Assembly: GCA_002633005.1 (NCBI GenBank)
Contig: NMRA01000026.1
Location: forward strand, 907,432 to 971,431
Direction of reading: 5' to 3'
DNA length: 64,000 bases
DNA from: Phoronis australis
Lineage: Eukaryota > Animalia > Phoronida
Below, in pieces: positions 24,401 to 35,900 of this stretch. The position numbers were made by a program, and so were the translations under genes. A model generated the notes under the pieces. It made no database searches. It was not told the DNA's origin and saw nothing but the letters and a program-made list of their open reading frames with translations. Within the stretch, counting starts at the first letter, position 1; every line of letters starts with the position of its first letter.

Positions 24401-27400
24401 AAATACCACCCATTTTTTATGCATCACTTCTTACAGGAACGACCACCCATAATTTGAGTTTTTTTCTGAAGACCACCACCCATGAATTTTTATTTCTACT
24501 GCCGTCCCCCCCCTCCCACATGGATTTTACTGGAACAGCCCTTAAAAAACACTTCAACAGTTGTTTGGAGCTTTTTCATGAAAAATTAGTTTGATTCTCT
24601 GAAATTTCCTTTTGTGTTCGTAAAAATCTACGTAACCAACGATTCTGTGTAAAGGGGCCAAGAAATGTCACTGGAAATGTTTTAACTCTTATTGCACAGC
24701 AGTCCACGATTTCATTCGCAAATTTAATTTTAGACAGATTGCTCTTCCAAAATGCTCCAATCAGCTGTTTGTCTCTTCTCACATACCCTCATAAAAATTA
24801 TCTTTTTACTTTTATGGCGGCTTTTATAACACCACTGCCGTCGTCCTCTGCTATTTTGCACTGCACCACGAACTGCTGATAAACTCAGGGCTTCGATTTT
24901 AGTTAATGGAACCACGGTTACCAGCGTATTGACTGGAAGCCAACACCAGAGATCAACAAGGACTAATAAATTCACAAAAACACAAATTTTTTGTTTCAAG
25001 TCTTTGGTTAGTAACTTCAAGAAATCTATCATAAATTTGTTGATCTATAACTCTGGTCAGTGCTAATACATCCTCTTCAATAGTAATCCAAAAAGCTATT
25101 TTTTTACCCTAAAGCCAATTGTGTCCTTGTAACTTTATAGCCTGAGTGAAGACACACAGAAATGTTCCCGTAAGTGGTTCGGTTATGCCACAATTTTTGT
25201 TACCTGTGGGAGTTCATGGCAGTTTCGTATGGTGGAAAGTAAAGTAAACCAGGCTTGTAAGATGTTAAACTTCTACTGAGATTTCTACAAACAAATACCC
25301 TCAAGGTTTGGGGTTATGGACCTATATTTAGAAAAAAAATTTCTCATGCACCGTTCCGTTTGGCCATATGTGTTGCCAGTTCAGAGGCTCGTTCAATCAA
25401 CCCGTGACACCTGAGAGTATAATGTACTGCGATATATTCATGACTGTGAGATGTGAATCCAAAACTTTAATAATGCCATTCAGGCCTTCATCTGGATGGT
25501 GTCCAGGGCACGAAAATGGACACCCTGCTTCAAATTTAGACACCCTAGTTAGGGCGCCCTTTTCTGCATTTGGACGCCCAAGTACAGTAAGTAAAGTAAG
25601 CATAGGTGTCTATTTAAACTTGCCAACAGCACATTGGATGGTTATTGGTCTGACAAGAATAAAGAATTTGGTTTGGAAGTGAAAAACTTAATTGCAAAAC
25701 CATGTCTCCATAGTAACAGCGTACAACACTGTAACGGGAATTTCTCAGGGTGTCCATGACAAATAACGCTGTCCCACGTTATTTGTCATGGACACCCTGA
25801 GAAATTATGAAACCCATATTGGATGCCCTAATTTTGAGATCTTGGATGAACTTCTGATGCTATCGTAATTTGAATGTTACTCCAGATCCGCTGTCAAGAC
25901 AATTGCGTCCTCCATTTGCAATCTGTTGCCATGTGGCAACTAATGTTTAAGAATAAAACTGAACAGATGTGCTAAATGTTTAAGAATAAAACTGAACAGA
26001 TGTGCTGTAAATTCATTTTCAGAAACCAAGCTCAGTGGCGTGTCGCACAATTTAAAACTGGTGAAGAGTGAAGTGAGCGACATCAAAGAGAGGCTTGAAG
26101 AGGCCGTTTGTCTGGACGAGAAGTATTCACTGTATGAAGGTCAGCGAGAGACACTGGAAAAAAAGTTGTCAACTCTTGTGGAAAAGGTAAAACCTTCATT
26201 CTGTCGAAAGACTAGCTTTTGATTTATGCCACTTAAAGTAATTATAAAAGTGGCTTCAGTTTGTCCCTTATTCAGGTTATACAATGATTTCTGGTTTCGC
26301 ACTTGCTTGGATTTATTTTCTTCACTGTCTAAAATCTTGATATCGACCTATATCCAATGATTTATTGAGTAGTGGACCCAGCACTAATTGGGTCAACAGG
26401 AAGTTGCATGCTTCCAACTTTGTAAATAAGCTAAAGTCGGGTAGGGTATCCTTTGAATGAAAAAGCTACAGAGATTGAGTACATCATAGGGGAGTTGCTT
26501 GTGATACATCTGTCTATTTCCAGAAAGATAAACTCCAGTTGCTTCGTGATAAGTATGAGTCTTTGAAGGCTGGTCAAGAAAAAGAGGGCTTGCAAGTCAA
26601 AGAGGTTGGTAAAGCAGTGCATGATGGGATATGTTTCCGTCGAGTCACATTTGGTGAACTTCTTTTCCTTAACTTTTAAGATTGATTGATTTTGCTGAAC
26701 AGGCAACACAGGTCAGTGGTTTGAGCTCTGGATTTCCAACTGGTACACCAGAGTTCAACTTCTGGCTTTGTTGGCAAACAACTTTGCATGGCCCAAAACT
26801 TATGTCCTACTTCTCTAAACTCGGTATTAGCTGTGGATGGATTGGTGCAAAAGAGTGTATAAAAGCGATTTCTAGAGGTGCACTAATATTAAAAACTTTA
26901 GAATTTAATTCACAGCGTCACTTACATTCAATGTCATAAAGTAACACTTTACTCTAAATTTTCACCAATTTAAGAACAAGTATGGTAGACCAAACATGTG
27001 AACCTTTATTTTAATGTTTTCTGAAAGATTATTGTCACAAAATGATATTATTTTACATGTGGCTATCATTAGATAATGCATTGCTTTGACAATTGTGAGC
27101 AATCACCACTTTTAGAAGCCCAACCTAAAATGAAAAAATCACTTTTGATAATTGTTTTTGCTGAAATTGTTGAGATTTTAAGATATTCTACGACACAAAA
27201 TACTTTTACAATAATCAAAATTGAAGAAAGATTGCACCTGCCCATCCCAGACTCGGACCTAGTTTAACTGTTACGTTGATACATGTTTGTATTTCATTGG
27301 CGAGTTTCATAATTTTACATTTGTCTGAAGACAAATCAAGTTCTCATAATAAGACTTTACATTGTCGGTGGTTGCACTGTGTCTAGGCTGGTGCACATGG

Positions 27401-30400
27401 GTTGTATACAAATCTCAAGCTTGTTCTATCCTAAGTTTAAGCTGCCACATCTGTAGGCCTCCAAAAGCTCAATGCAAATACCAAGTTGAGCAACTCACCA
27501 GCAAGGCTGAGAGAAGTTACTGAATATTTGCAACAGTTTGTGATTACATGAATTTATGGTGCTAATTTAAAGACGCTATGTTTCATTAAATTGTGAATAC
27601 CGGTATGCAAATGAAGTACTAGTTTACAAACAACCCTGGGTCTTTTAGTATGCTGGAAACCATCCGAGAACCAGTTACCATTACAATCTTGCGAAAGTCT
27701 CCTTTTGCGAGACTATTTTTATGTAAATGGGTATGGTAATATTTCATCGTTACCCTAATTAAACAAGACACAGTTTTTATTATTTATTTATTTCACTATC
27801 AAATAACGATTGCGTACTATTTGAAATAAATTTGAACATTCACAGTTTTAATGAGACACAGCATCTTTAACACAATGACATGTTGCCACCACTAAGTTGG
27901 GACTCTCATTACCACAGTCAAAGCTCAAAGACTTGGACCAGACCATACAGGCATGCTGCCAAGCGATAGAGTTACTTAGGAACACCCTGTCACAGCAGAG
28001 GATGGACGGGAAGGCTCTGAAAGCACGTGTTGAAGCTGCTAAACAACAACTTAATGTGGCAGAGTCCTTCAGGGAGCACAAGAACAGACAGACAGCTGCC
28101 AGGCTGGAGAAGTAAGCCTCACTAACGTTCATTCTCACTGGCTGCTGCTATAGGCAACACAGCCGTCATTTTCCAAGCTAATGGATTTCTCCGAGCTACG
28201 TTTGTTTGGAATCTAATCTCTGAACTGGGGACTTGAAACATCACCAATTGTGTGGCAGGATTTGAGAATAAATTTGAAAGTTTAATCAAAACGTGCCATG
28301 CCATTGGTTGATTTTTGAGTCGGTTTCGAGTCCATAGATTAGACACTGGAACCTGGTTTCCAATGAAGAACTGAAAATCTGTAGTTAAAATTCTCCATCT
28401 CCATTTCATCAATCTTCACTGAATAATTACACATGCGTTCAACTGTTTATGCCAGGTGCCAAGAGCTTACAGACATTCTACAACGCGTCACGGGACTACG
28501 AGAACACTCGGCCTCGGATCGCCACCTGGTGGTGGAGGTGTTGAATCCTGTCGGGACTCTGACCCATCCGGACCTTCAGTTACTACTGGAGCTCCAGTTT
28601 CAACCATGTGACATGCTTGGCCTGCGACTTGTGGGAGCTAAGGTAGGTAGAATCTGGCAAGGAACTAGTTTTTGAATATAAAGGCAGTCAGCAGGCTTGG
28701 TTTGCACAAGTCCCAAGCCAACTTTATACGAGTCAATTCGCAAGCACAGTGAACTTTGATTTCAGTAAATGTGTTAGAAAAAAAGACTCGAGAAGTTCTG
28801 AGTAATGTGGTTCAACTATAAACTGAACGTTGTCAGAACCCTGTCACACTCTGGTGCAACTTATGCCAGAATTATTTAACGATATAAAATCGGATCAATC
28901 CACATTGCAACTCTTCAGCATTGCAATAGCATGAAAACGTCTGTTGCTTGACCTAGTTTCCAAGTGTTGTTTTCAAGATGGTAGTTGACAGGGCTGAAAT
29001 GCTGCTTCGTTCATTCAACATTTTGAGATGTTGAACATATTTATGCAAATCACTTGAAAATCTCACAGCACACAGCTGTTGTGACAGCATGTTGGTAGCA
29101 AAGAATCAATAAAAATGCTTCGTTAAATTTAAATCCTGGAGTGCTGACTGCCATTTACGATCTTCTCCATTGCCATCTGGTGACAAGATATATTCCAATA
29201 TGTTGCTGCTGTATCAGAAAATGGTTATTCTTGCGAGATAGTACAGCAGTTTTGTTGAATTTAAAGTCACTCCAGTCAGTTCACGCCCACTGTAACTTCA
29301 CTAAATAAATTTAAAGCCTTTCTAAGCTTCTTGGAGATTTTGGTGGAGGCTCTTAAATTTTGGACCAAATGAAGTACAAAAATTGCTATTTCACATCATT
29401 TTCAAAAGGCTTACTAAATTTTGGCAATTGACCAAACTTTTGCCACGTGTTATTTGTTAAAAAACATACAAATGACAAGGCAATTTTTTGTTTTTGAGAA
29501 ATTTTGACAACTGAAAATAAAAGTACACCATCACCCCATATTGTCTAAAATAGATCATTTCCTTGTGCTGTTACTTGCACGAGTAAAATGTTTGCAGTTT
29601 CACGCTTGTCAAAATTGAGTGTTTTTTTCCATATAGGTGAACATTGGGACACTTGATGTAAGTCAGCTGATTGAGAGGGCGCTACAGAACAATGCAGTGG
29701 ACCAACTGATTTACGACGTTCAACTCAGTTGGTACCAGCACGTTCGCGTACTGGAGCAAATAGTTACCCTGCGAGATAGGTACGATTGGTCTCTGGTGTT
29801 TCTTCCACATTCATTTTTGCTTGGAGTCTAGCTTTAATTTTATTTAGTTTGAAAATCACTGCTTGATAGCTGTTGCTGAGGGTGTCATCACTGAAGTAGT
29901 TTTTGAAGATGGTCGTTAACTGTGAATTGCAGTTAAGACAATGGTCGAAATAGCAGTTCGTTGCTATGAATCATTCTCATTAAAGACTCGCCATTGCACT
30001 GGTGATACGTGCATGTAGTGGCTTTTAAAATGACAAATTTTGTTGACAGTCGTCTAGAGTACATGCCAGAAATCGTATGACGTAGAATCCATATCATGAT
30101 AGGCGAGTGCCAGCAGAAATCACCGTCGGAGCAGCTAGAACGACTCGTCACGACGGTTACAATATTTCGTCTGATTACTTTTGGTGTGTATTGTTGCTTC
30201 GACAAATAGTGAAAACTCACGAACTTGACTTTTGACCAGATTTTGTCAATCATTATTAAAAACCACCACGCGACCTTTGATACAATTTGGCGTACATTTG
30301 ATAAGATGGGCTACTGGACTATCGACAGGTTTGCCGTAGACTGGATTCCTGAGGAGAGCAAGCTAAGACAGATGGTGGGTAATGAGGGCAATATCGTCTG

Positions 30401-31046
30401 CACTCTGCTGATCCCCTCGACACCTCCCCTTGATACTATAGTACTCCAGTCTATTGAGGGTCAGGTCAATGGGTCAGAGGTCAACATCAAGTACATACAG
30501 GTATGGAGAATCAGCGTCTCAGATAAACCACATGTTCCACAATAAGTTCATTTAGTGTGAAGTTCATATAAAGAAGCTAATTGTACAAACACTGTTCTCC
30601 ACTTAATCTTTGTTTATTAAACTGATAGCATTACAAAACTGATGTACAGGTTAGAAACATATTAATTTGTTAGAACGCTCGATATTTCTTCTTTAGGAAA
30701 ATGCATACTTCAGTTTCGGCATGGCTTCTGTTTGTAATTAACCAAGAATTGATGTCACATATTGAGCATTCTCATAACTTGCTGCCATCTGTTAACAGAT
30801 TATGGTAACCATGTTCAACCAACTTTTCTCGTTACATTTATGCATGACAAAGAAAGTAGTTCTTGAAGTCCTACACAGTCTTCCTCACTGTAGTCCTGTG
30901 CAGTCGCAAGACTCCCAAAGACTTTTTTTATTTAGCTTTTTTGACAGTGAGACCTGATGTGATCTTGATCTTTTCAGCCGCCCCAAGACACCCCATGCCT
31001 TCAAGACTGGCTGGAATACCTCGAATGCAGGTTCGGAGGATCATGA
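21469..31046 (+). CDS. Coiled-coil plus C-terminal RWD-like protein (about 417 aa), probable Zwint-1/Sos7-family kinetochore protein
   Basis: Phase-consistent exons 21469-21497, 22821-22923, 23581-23692, 26023-26186, 26524-26604, 27918-28111, 28456-28642, 29637-29779, 30329-30500 and 30978-31046. The N-terminal half is heptad-rich. The C-terminal RFAVDW...VCTLLIP...LQDWLEYL resembles my recollection of non-mammalian Zwint-like double-RWD proteins. Gene structure is strong; family call is moderate. Confidence 0.7.
21865..22433 (+). mobile_element. Internally deleted Harbinger-type transposon
   Basis: Imperfect TIRs of about 36 bp (cagatgcgtgtttaacagagtgagcg / cactcactctattgaacacgcttctg). Positions 22108-22233 encode RIENYVKETVPRYSEPQFKSQFRMSRSTFE, the N-terminal motif of Harbinger/HARBI1 transposases. 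Confidence 0.75.
23853..24541. mobile_element. PIF/Harbinger-type MITE, copy 2 (inverted relative to 11573-12391)
   Basis: Same TIRs, TSD TTA. An n at 24397 replaces about 130 bp that are present in copy 1. Confidence 0.85.
25481..25856. mobile_element. Older hAT-like MITE (family of 56822-57294)
   Basis: The caggccttcat...aaatggacaccc start and gg(a/g)tgccctaattttgagatcttggatgaa end match the 56.8-kb element. Degenerate 8-bp TSD atgccatt/atgctatc. A further fragment lies at about 32608-32706. Confidence 0.55.
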
Positions 31047-32901
31047 ATTCAACTCATTCACAGAAAAGTTATTAGTTCAAAATCTGTTCATTGTAAATAT
31101 GTAATTCTGTTGTAGTTTCTATCATTAGGGTGTACTGTTTAAATCATATCTCTTGAACAGTTGGTCACATTAAGTCTGTTGATTACTATGCTGCAGGACC
31201 TAGTATGGTGCGACGCTCTAGTCAATGACTACGAAAACGAGTCAACTGCTGCGTCGCGGTGTCCCTAATTGTCGCAAGACAAAAATCAGGGTCAAAATAC
31301 TTACACCAGTCCTTTTGAATCCAAAAAATCCTTGCAAACCCTCAACAGATGGCAGAGCTGGCTTTGAGAACACCATTTCCCATCAAGCCTCACATTGAAA
31401 ATTAACCAATCACGTGGCACTTTCAAGCAAAATTTCCCATTGCGAGGCTGCTCTAATAGTCTTGATTGATGGTACTAGGCCCTTATTACCCATAAGTCCA
31501 ACAGCATGATGTGATCAGGGCTTAGTGCCGCTTTAATGTGAAGATGCAAGGGGGGGGGGGGAACTGGTGAAGATGCAAGGGGGGGGGGTAACTGATTTAA
31601 AATGAAATAATAAAACAATATTGTCAACTATGAAATTAGGTTGCTATGTGTACATGCGTTTGTTTCAGAAAATGGTTGAAGATTCTATTTAAAGTTTGAA
31701 AGTGAAATGTGTGTAAATAATAACGAAATGCATGCTTAAATGACACTTGTTTTCTTATTCATTGACACGTCAAAGAAGCAAATTTGATTAAGACCGCCCC
31801 CTGGTATAAAATCTGAACTTATACTCGACACAGACAGTAAATGATTTCTGGTCTATGGAAGAAGTGACAATCTGATAATGATTGACATGATACTACTCGG
31901 GTAAAATGACCCACCGTGACGAGCCACCTTTACCTGTCAGCTCCCCCTAGGTCCAGGAATCTTGACTACAAGTTAAGACCAGATTTATGACGGCCAGCGC
32001 CCTAAATCGAAAGTTACTTTTTGACAGAAGTCGGGGCTATAGTGACTTCAACATCTGACAGTCAAACTGCCACCTATACCAAATGCTGCAATGTAATAAG
32101 TACAATGAGCTTAGCTCAAAGTACAAATAAACAATCTCTCTCTCAAAACTTCAATTTGCAACAAAACTTCTTCATTCTTTAGTTTTCAAAGGCTCAACAT
32201 CAGAAATAAAATAACACTTATTGCCATATATCACTTCCTGCCTAATGTCTGAAAAGAACACATTATCTCACTAACAAGACTAGAATTCTACTCGCTCCAT
32301 GCAAAAAAAAATCCATACATCAGTCCACTGGAATGGGCTCGTGGTCACATTACATGTCGACTAATTTGACTAGATAAAAAGTAGAGGATCCTACTAAAAT
32401 GGATTTCCCAGTTTCTCAGGTTGATGACCAAAAACATGCAACACCGTTCTTATGGCCTAAAGTGAAATTGCTGTTATACAGTCGTAAGTTACTGCTGAGA
32501 CATGGTTCTGCACTGTTAAGTTTTTCATATCTTAAATCATTTCTAGGTCAACTTTTATATCCTGAACAGGCCAATGAGCTCCCACAGCTGCTGTTAGGTC
32601 ACTTTACCAGGACATCCAAATGAAGAACAGTGTCCTCACTTGCGTGTCTAAATTTGAGTCGGGATGTCCATTTGGACTCCCTGGCCGCCCTCTAGATGAA
32701 AGCCTGATAAAAAGGGGTTAAGTTCAGTGAACAGACTAACTCTACCGTGTTCAAACACCTATCAGTAAGATCCATCACGCTTTCTTGTAGATCATTTGTA
32801 TAAGATCACGGGTGAAGACAAAATGCTCCTGGTGGCCTCTTACTGTCATGATCATAGTGATCATAGATGACGACTGCTTCTCCATCGAGTCCCGACAATT
32901 T

Positions 32902-35900
32902 CTAGCCATCGCCATTTGCAGGCTGGTCTTTACTACACAAAGACTTGTTTGTTATCTTCATGGTCTCGTAAATATTTAATGATTCGCCTATAAAAATGAG
33001 ACACGAGAGGATGTAAAATACGATGAACAAAAATCGCACCAATGACTTAAGCTATCACTAGAGCAAATAAGTTTTTAGACATTGTTGGGATTCACAACAA
33101 CACGAGAATCCTTTAAAAAATGAAAGATAACGTTTGACTTTCTACTCCAAAATTGATGAGATTTTACCGTGAAGCTTACAACTTTATTGACAGACAGATT
33201 TAAACTTATATGAAAAACCAAAATACAGAGGTACCATAGAATCATTACGCACAAGCATCGCATCTTATACACGGACCACTTATAAAGAACCTATGAATCA
33301 TGCATACAAACCCATAAAACATGCAAACGAACAATAATCATGCGTACGAACCACAACAATCATACATACAAACACAAAATCATACATGCGGGCATCAAAT
33401 CACACACACGAACACTTTATCGTGCGTATGACTTTTGTTTGTATGTATGATATTTGTAGTTCGTGTGCATGATTTTTGGGTTCATATGCATGACTCATAG
33501 GTTCGTAGGTGGTTCGTGCGAAAGATGGGATGCTCGAACATATTCTATGGTATCCCTGTTTACAGTACATGCCAAAAGTATCCAGACAAAATGACCCGAA
33601 ATTCCAGATCATAACGACTGGACAAAAAACAAATTACAATCACAGTATGATCAAGAATTAGAGGAAGTTAACAGGAATTTTAACGCCATCTATTGACAAA
33701 TCATTTCTTGACGTTGACTGAATTAGCCCTCATAATGGGGAAACGGTATTTTGTCCGATTGCTTTTGTTTTGTACTAGAACTTAAAACAATTTTGATTCA
33801 ACTGCACCAAGAGAATCTATTAAAATGAGGCGAATCCAAAATATCCTGAGGGTACAGTGTGTGAACTAGGTCAAATCTTCACTTATTTAGCATGCAATAC
33901 GATCGACGATTGAAATTCTAATTTGTCAAATTTTCTTACAAAAATAACGATTACATAAGAAAAATTTACTACATCACCGGCAAGGTTTGTACTGTATAAC
34001 AACATTTGGTAAATTTCCATTATTTCCAGTAATCAGCCATAAGATTGAAAAATGGAAAAATACAATTTTGGCAATTATGTTCGAGTGAAATAAGTGGATC
34101 AAATTATTGTAAAACAACTGTACCGCAGAACATTGTCAGACTTCAGCAAAATTCTGACTTGCGTGCATCAGATTTACGCTTGTTTTACTATAATACATCC
34201 CTACCTGTTGGTATGCCATATGTCTTGTGTAGTCCATGAGGGTTGGATGGTGTTTGGCAAGTCAGATCTACCTCCTTCCTCAAACACTTGTCTATGTCAA
34301 CGGACGAGAAGAAGGCAACGCACTAAAAGAGACAATTGAAGGATGAGTTGTGTGCAGCGGGCCTGTTTCATAAAAGGTGATTTAAGGTTTACCAGGATTT
34401 TCCGTAGATGCCCATCGGCGTGTATCCAAAAATGAAAATTTTCAGGCGTTTTAGCAACACCAAATAAACGCCCAAGGGGTGCGTGTAAACGGAAAGTCGT
34501 AGTTTTGGCTAGCATGTAGTGAATACACATAGGCCTATATTAAGAGGTTTCCTGACTTATACTTTTTACTTAACACTATGTTTTTTCAATTTTACATGAA
34601 TAAATGCACAGTACGCAAACACTTTGTTCGTTTTTATATATGATAAATGCTCCACAAAACTGAATTTGTAACAAAAAAATGGTGTTGGGCTTTATGAAAA
34701 AATTTTACAAATAAACGCCCCATTATCTGGACACTAGACACCAGAAGTTGTAACACCAAATAAATGCCCATGGGCATTTCATCGGATGGACATATATATG
34801 GAAAATCCTGGTAAGTCTTTTAATTTTGACTTGCACTCCCACTTTACAAGTATTAGGTTTTCACAAATTTCGTGGAGCATAAGATAGAAAATGGACTCCT
34901 CTTGCGGCCCTGCGAACAACATTACTGACATTTCAAAACAATACAACTACAGGTGCAGTCTCAAGTCTCAGACTTGTTGTTTGATAAAAGGTGCCTTGAC
35001 CTGCTTTCTGTCCAAAGATATTTTGATTTCTACCAGTAACCAGTACAAAACCGGTCTGAACTTGTTCCTTACTCACACTATTTATAGACACTTCATTAAC
35101 TGGATTGTGTTACGATTTACTTTAATTGTTTTTCTCAATGAAAACTTAGCAGATAGAGTCCCTTTAAATAACCAACTAATTTTAACTCCATCTCAACAAA
35201 CCGCCTCCAATTGGGGCTCAAACACGTGACCACACCTGGGGCAAGTCTTTCATTTGCAGCTTGTATGCAAACATGCAGCGGGTGAGGAGATTAGTGATGT
35301 GCAGCGCCAGAGCCGCTCGGTACCTATCCTCTGTCTTCACCATATAGCGCACCTCGTCGTGGATACTGATGCAGAAGCGGCCATCGATAGCGTACTTGTC
35401 CAGTAGCCAACGCATGCTAACTAGCATAAGGTGCAGGTAGTCGACCGCTGAACTCTGGACAACCCAGTTGACGCGACTTGTCATGAACTGAAGTAGAAGA
35501 CAGTAATCAAATTTCATTGGCTTTTGCACTTAACGGCACAATAAATTAAATAATTGCATGTACAATAGCGCTAGAGATCATTGACCACTAACTCTAGAAT
35601 TTTATTTGATGTAACTTTTCAAAGAACTGGAAGCAGATGGAAAAAGACAGATTTTGATTGGCTTTTTCAAATCATCTGAGAGTATGATCATAGTGCTTGA
35701 TGTTATGTGAAGTCTGAACAAAGCAAGTGGCGTTACGTAAATTTTGTACGCTTAATGGATGAAAAATTTGCAAGTCTAACACATATTTTAAAAAAGCTCA
35801 TGTAAACTTCAAGCACATACAATAGAGACTCTTAAGGATAAAATGCGTTACTAATTTTTTCAACTAGCCAGCTAACACTAGTACCGAGCAATTCGTGAAC

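Noticed and set aside
31538-31590. Duplicated gtgaagatgcaag plus poly-G (possible G-quadruplex)
   Set aside because: Only two G-runs in a simple local duplication, and homopolymer lengths are unreliable.
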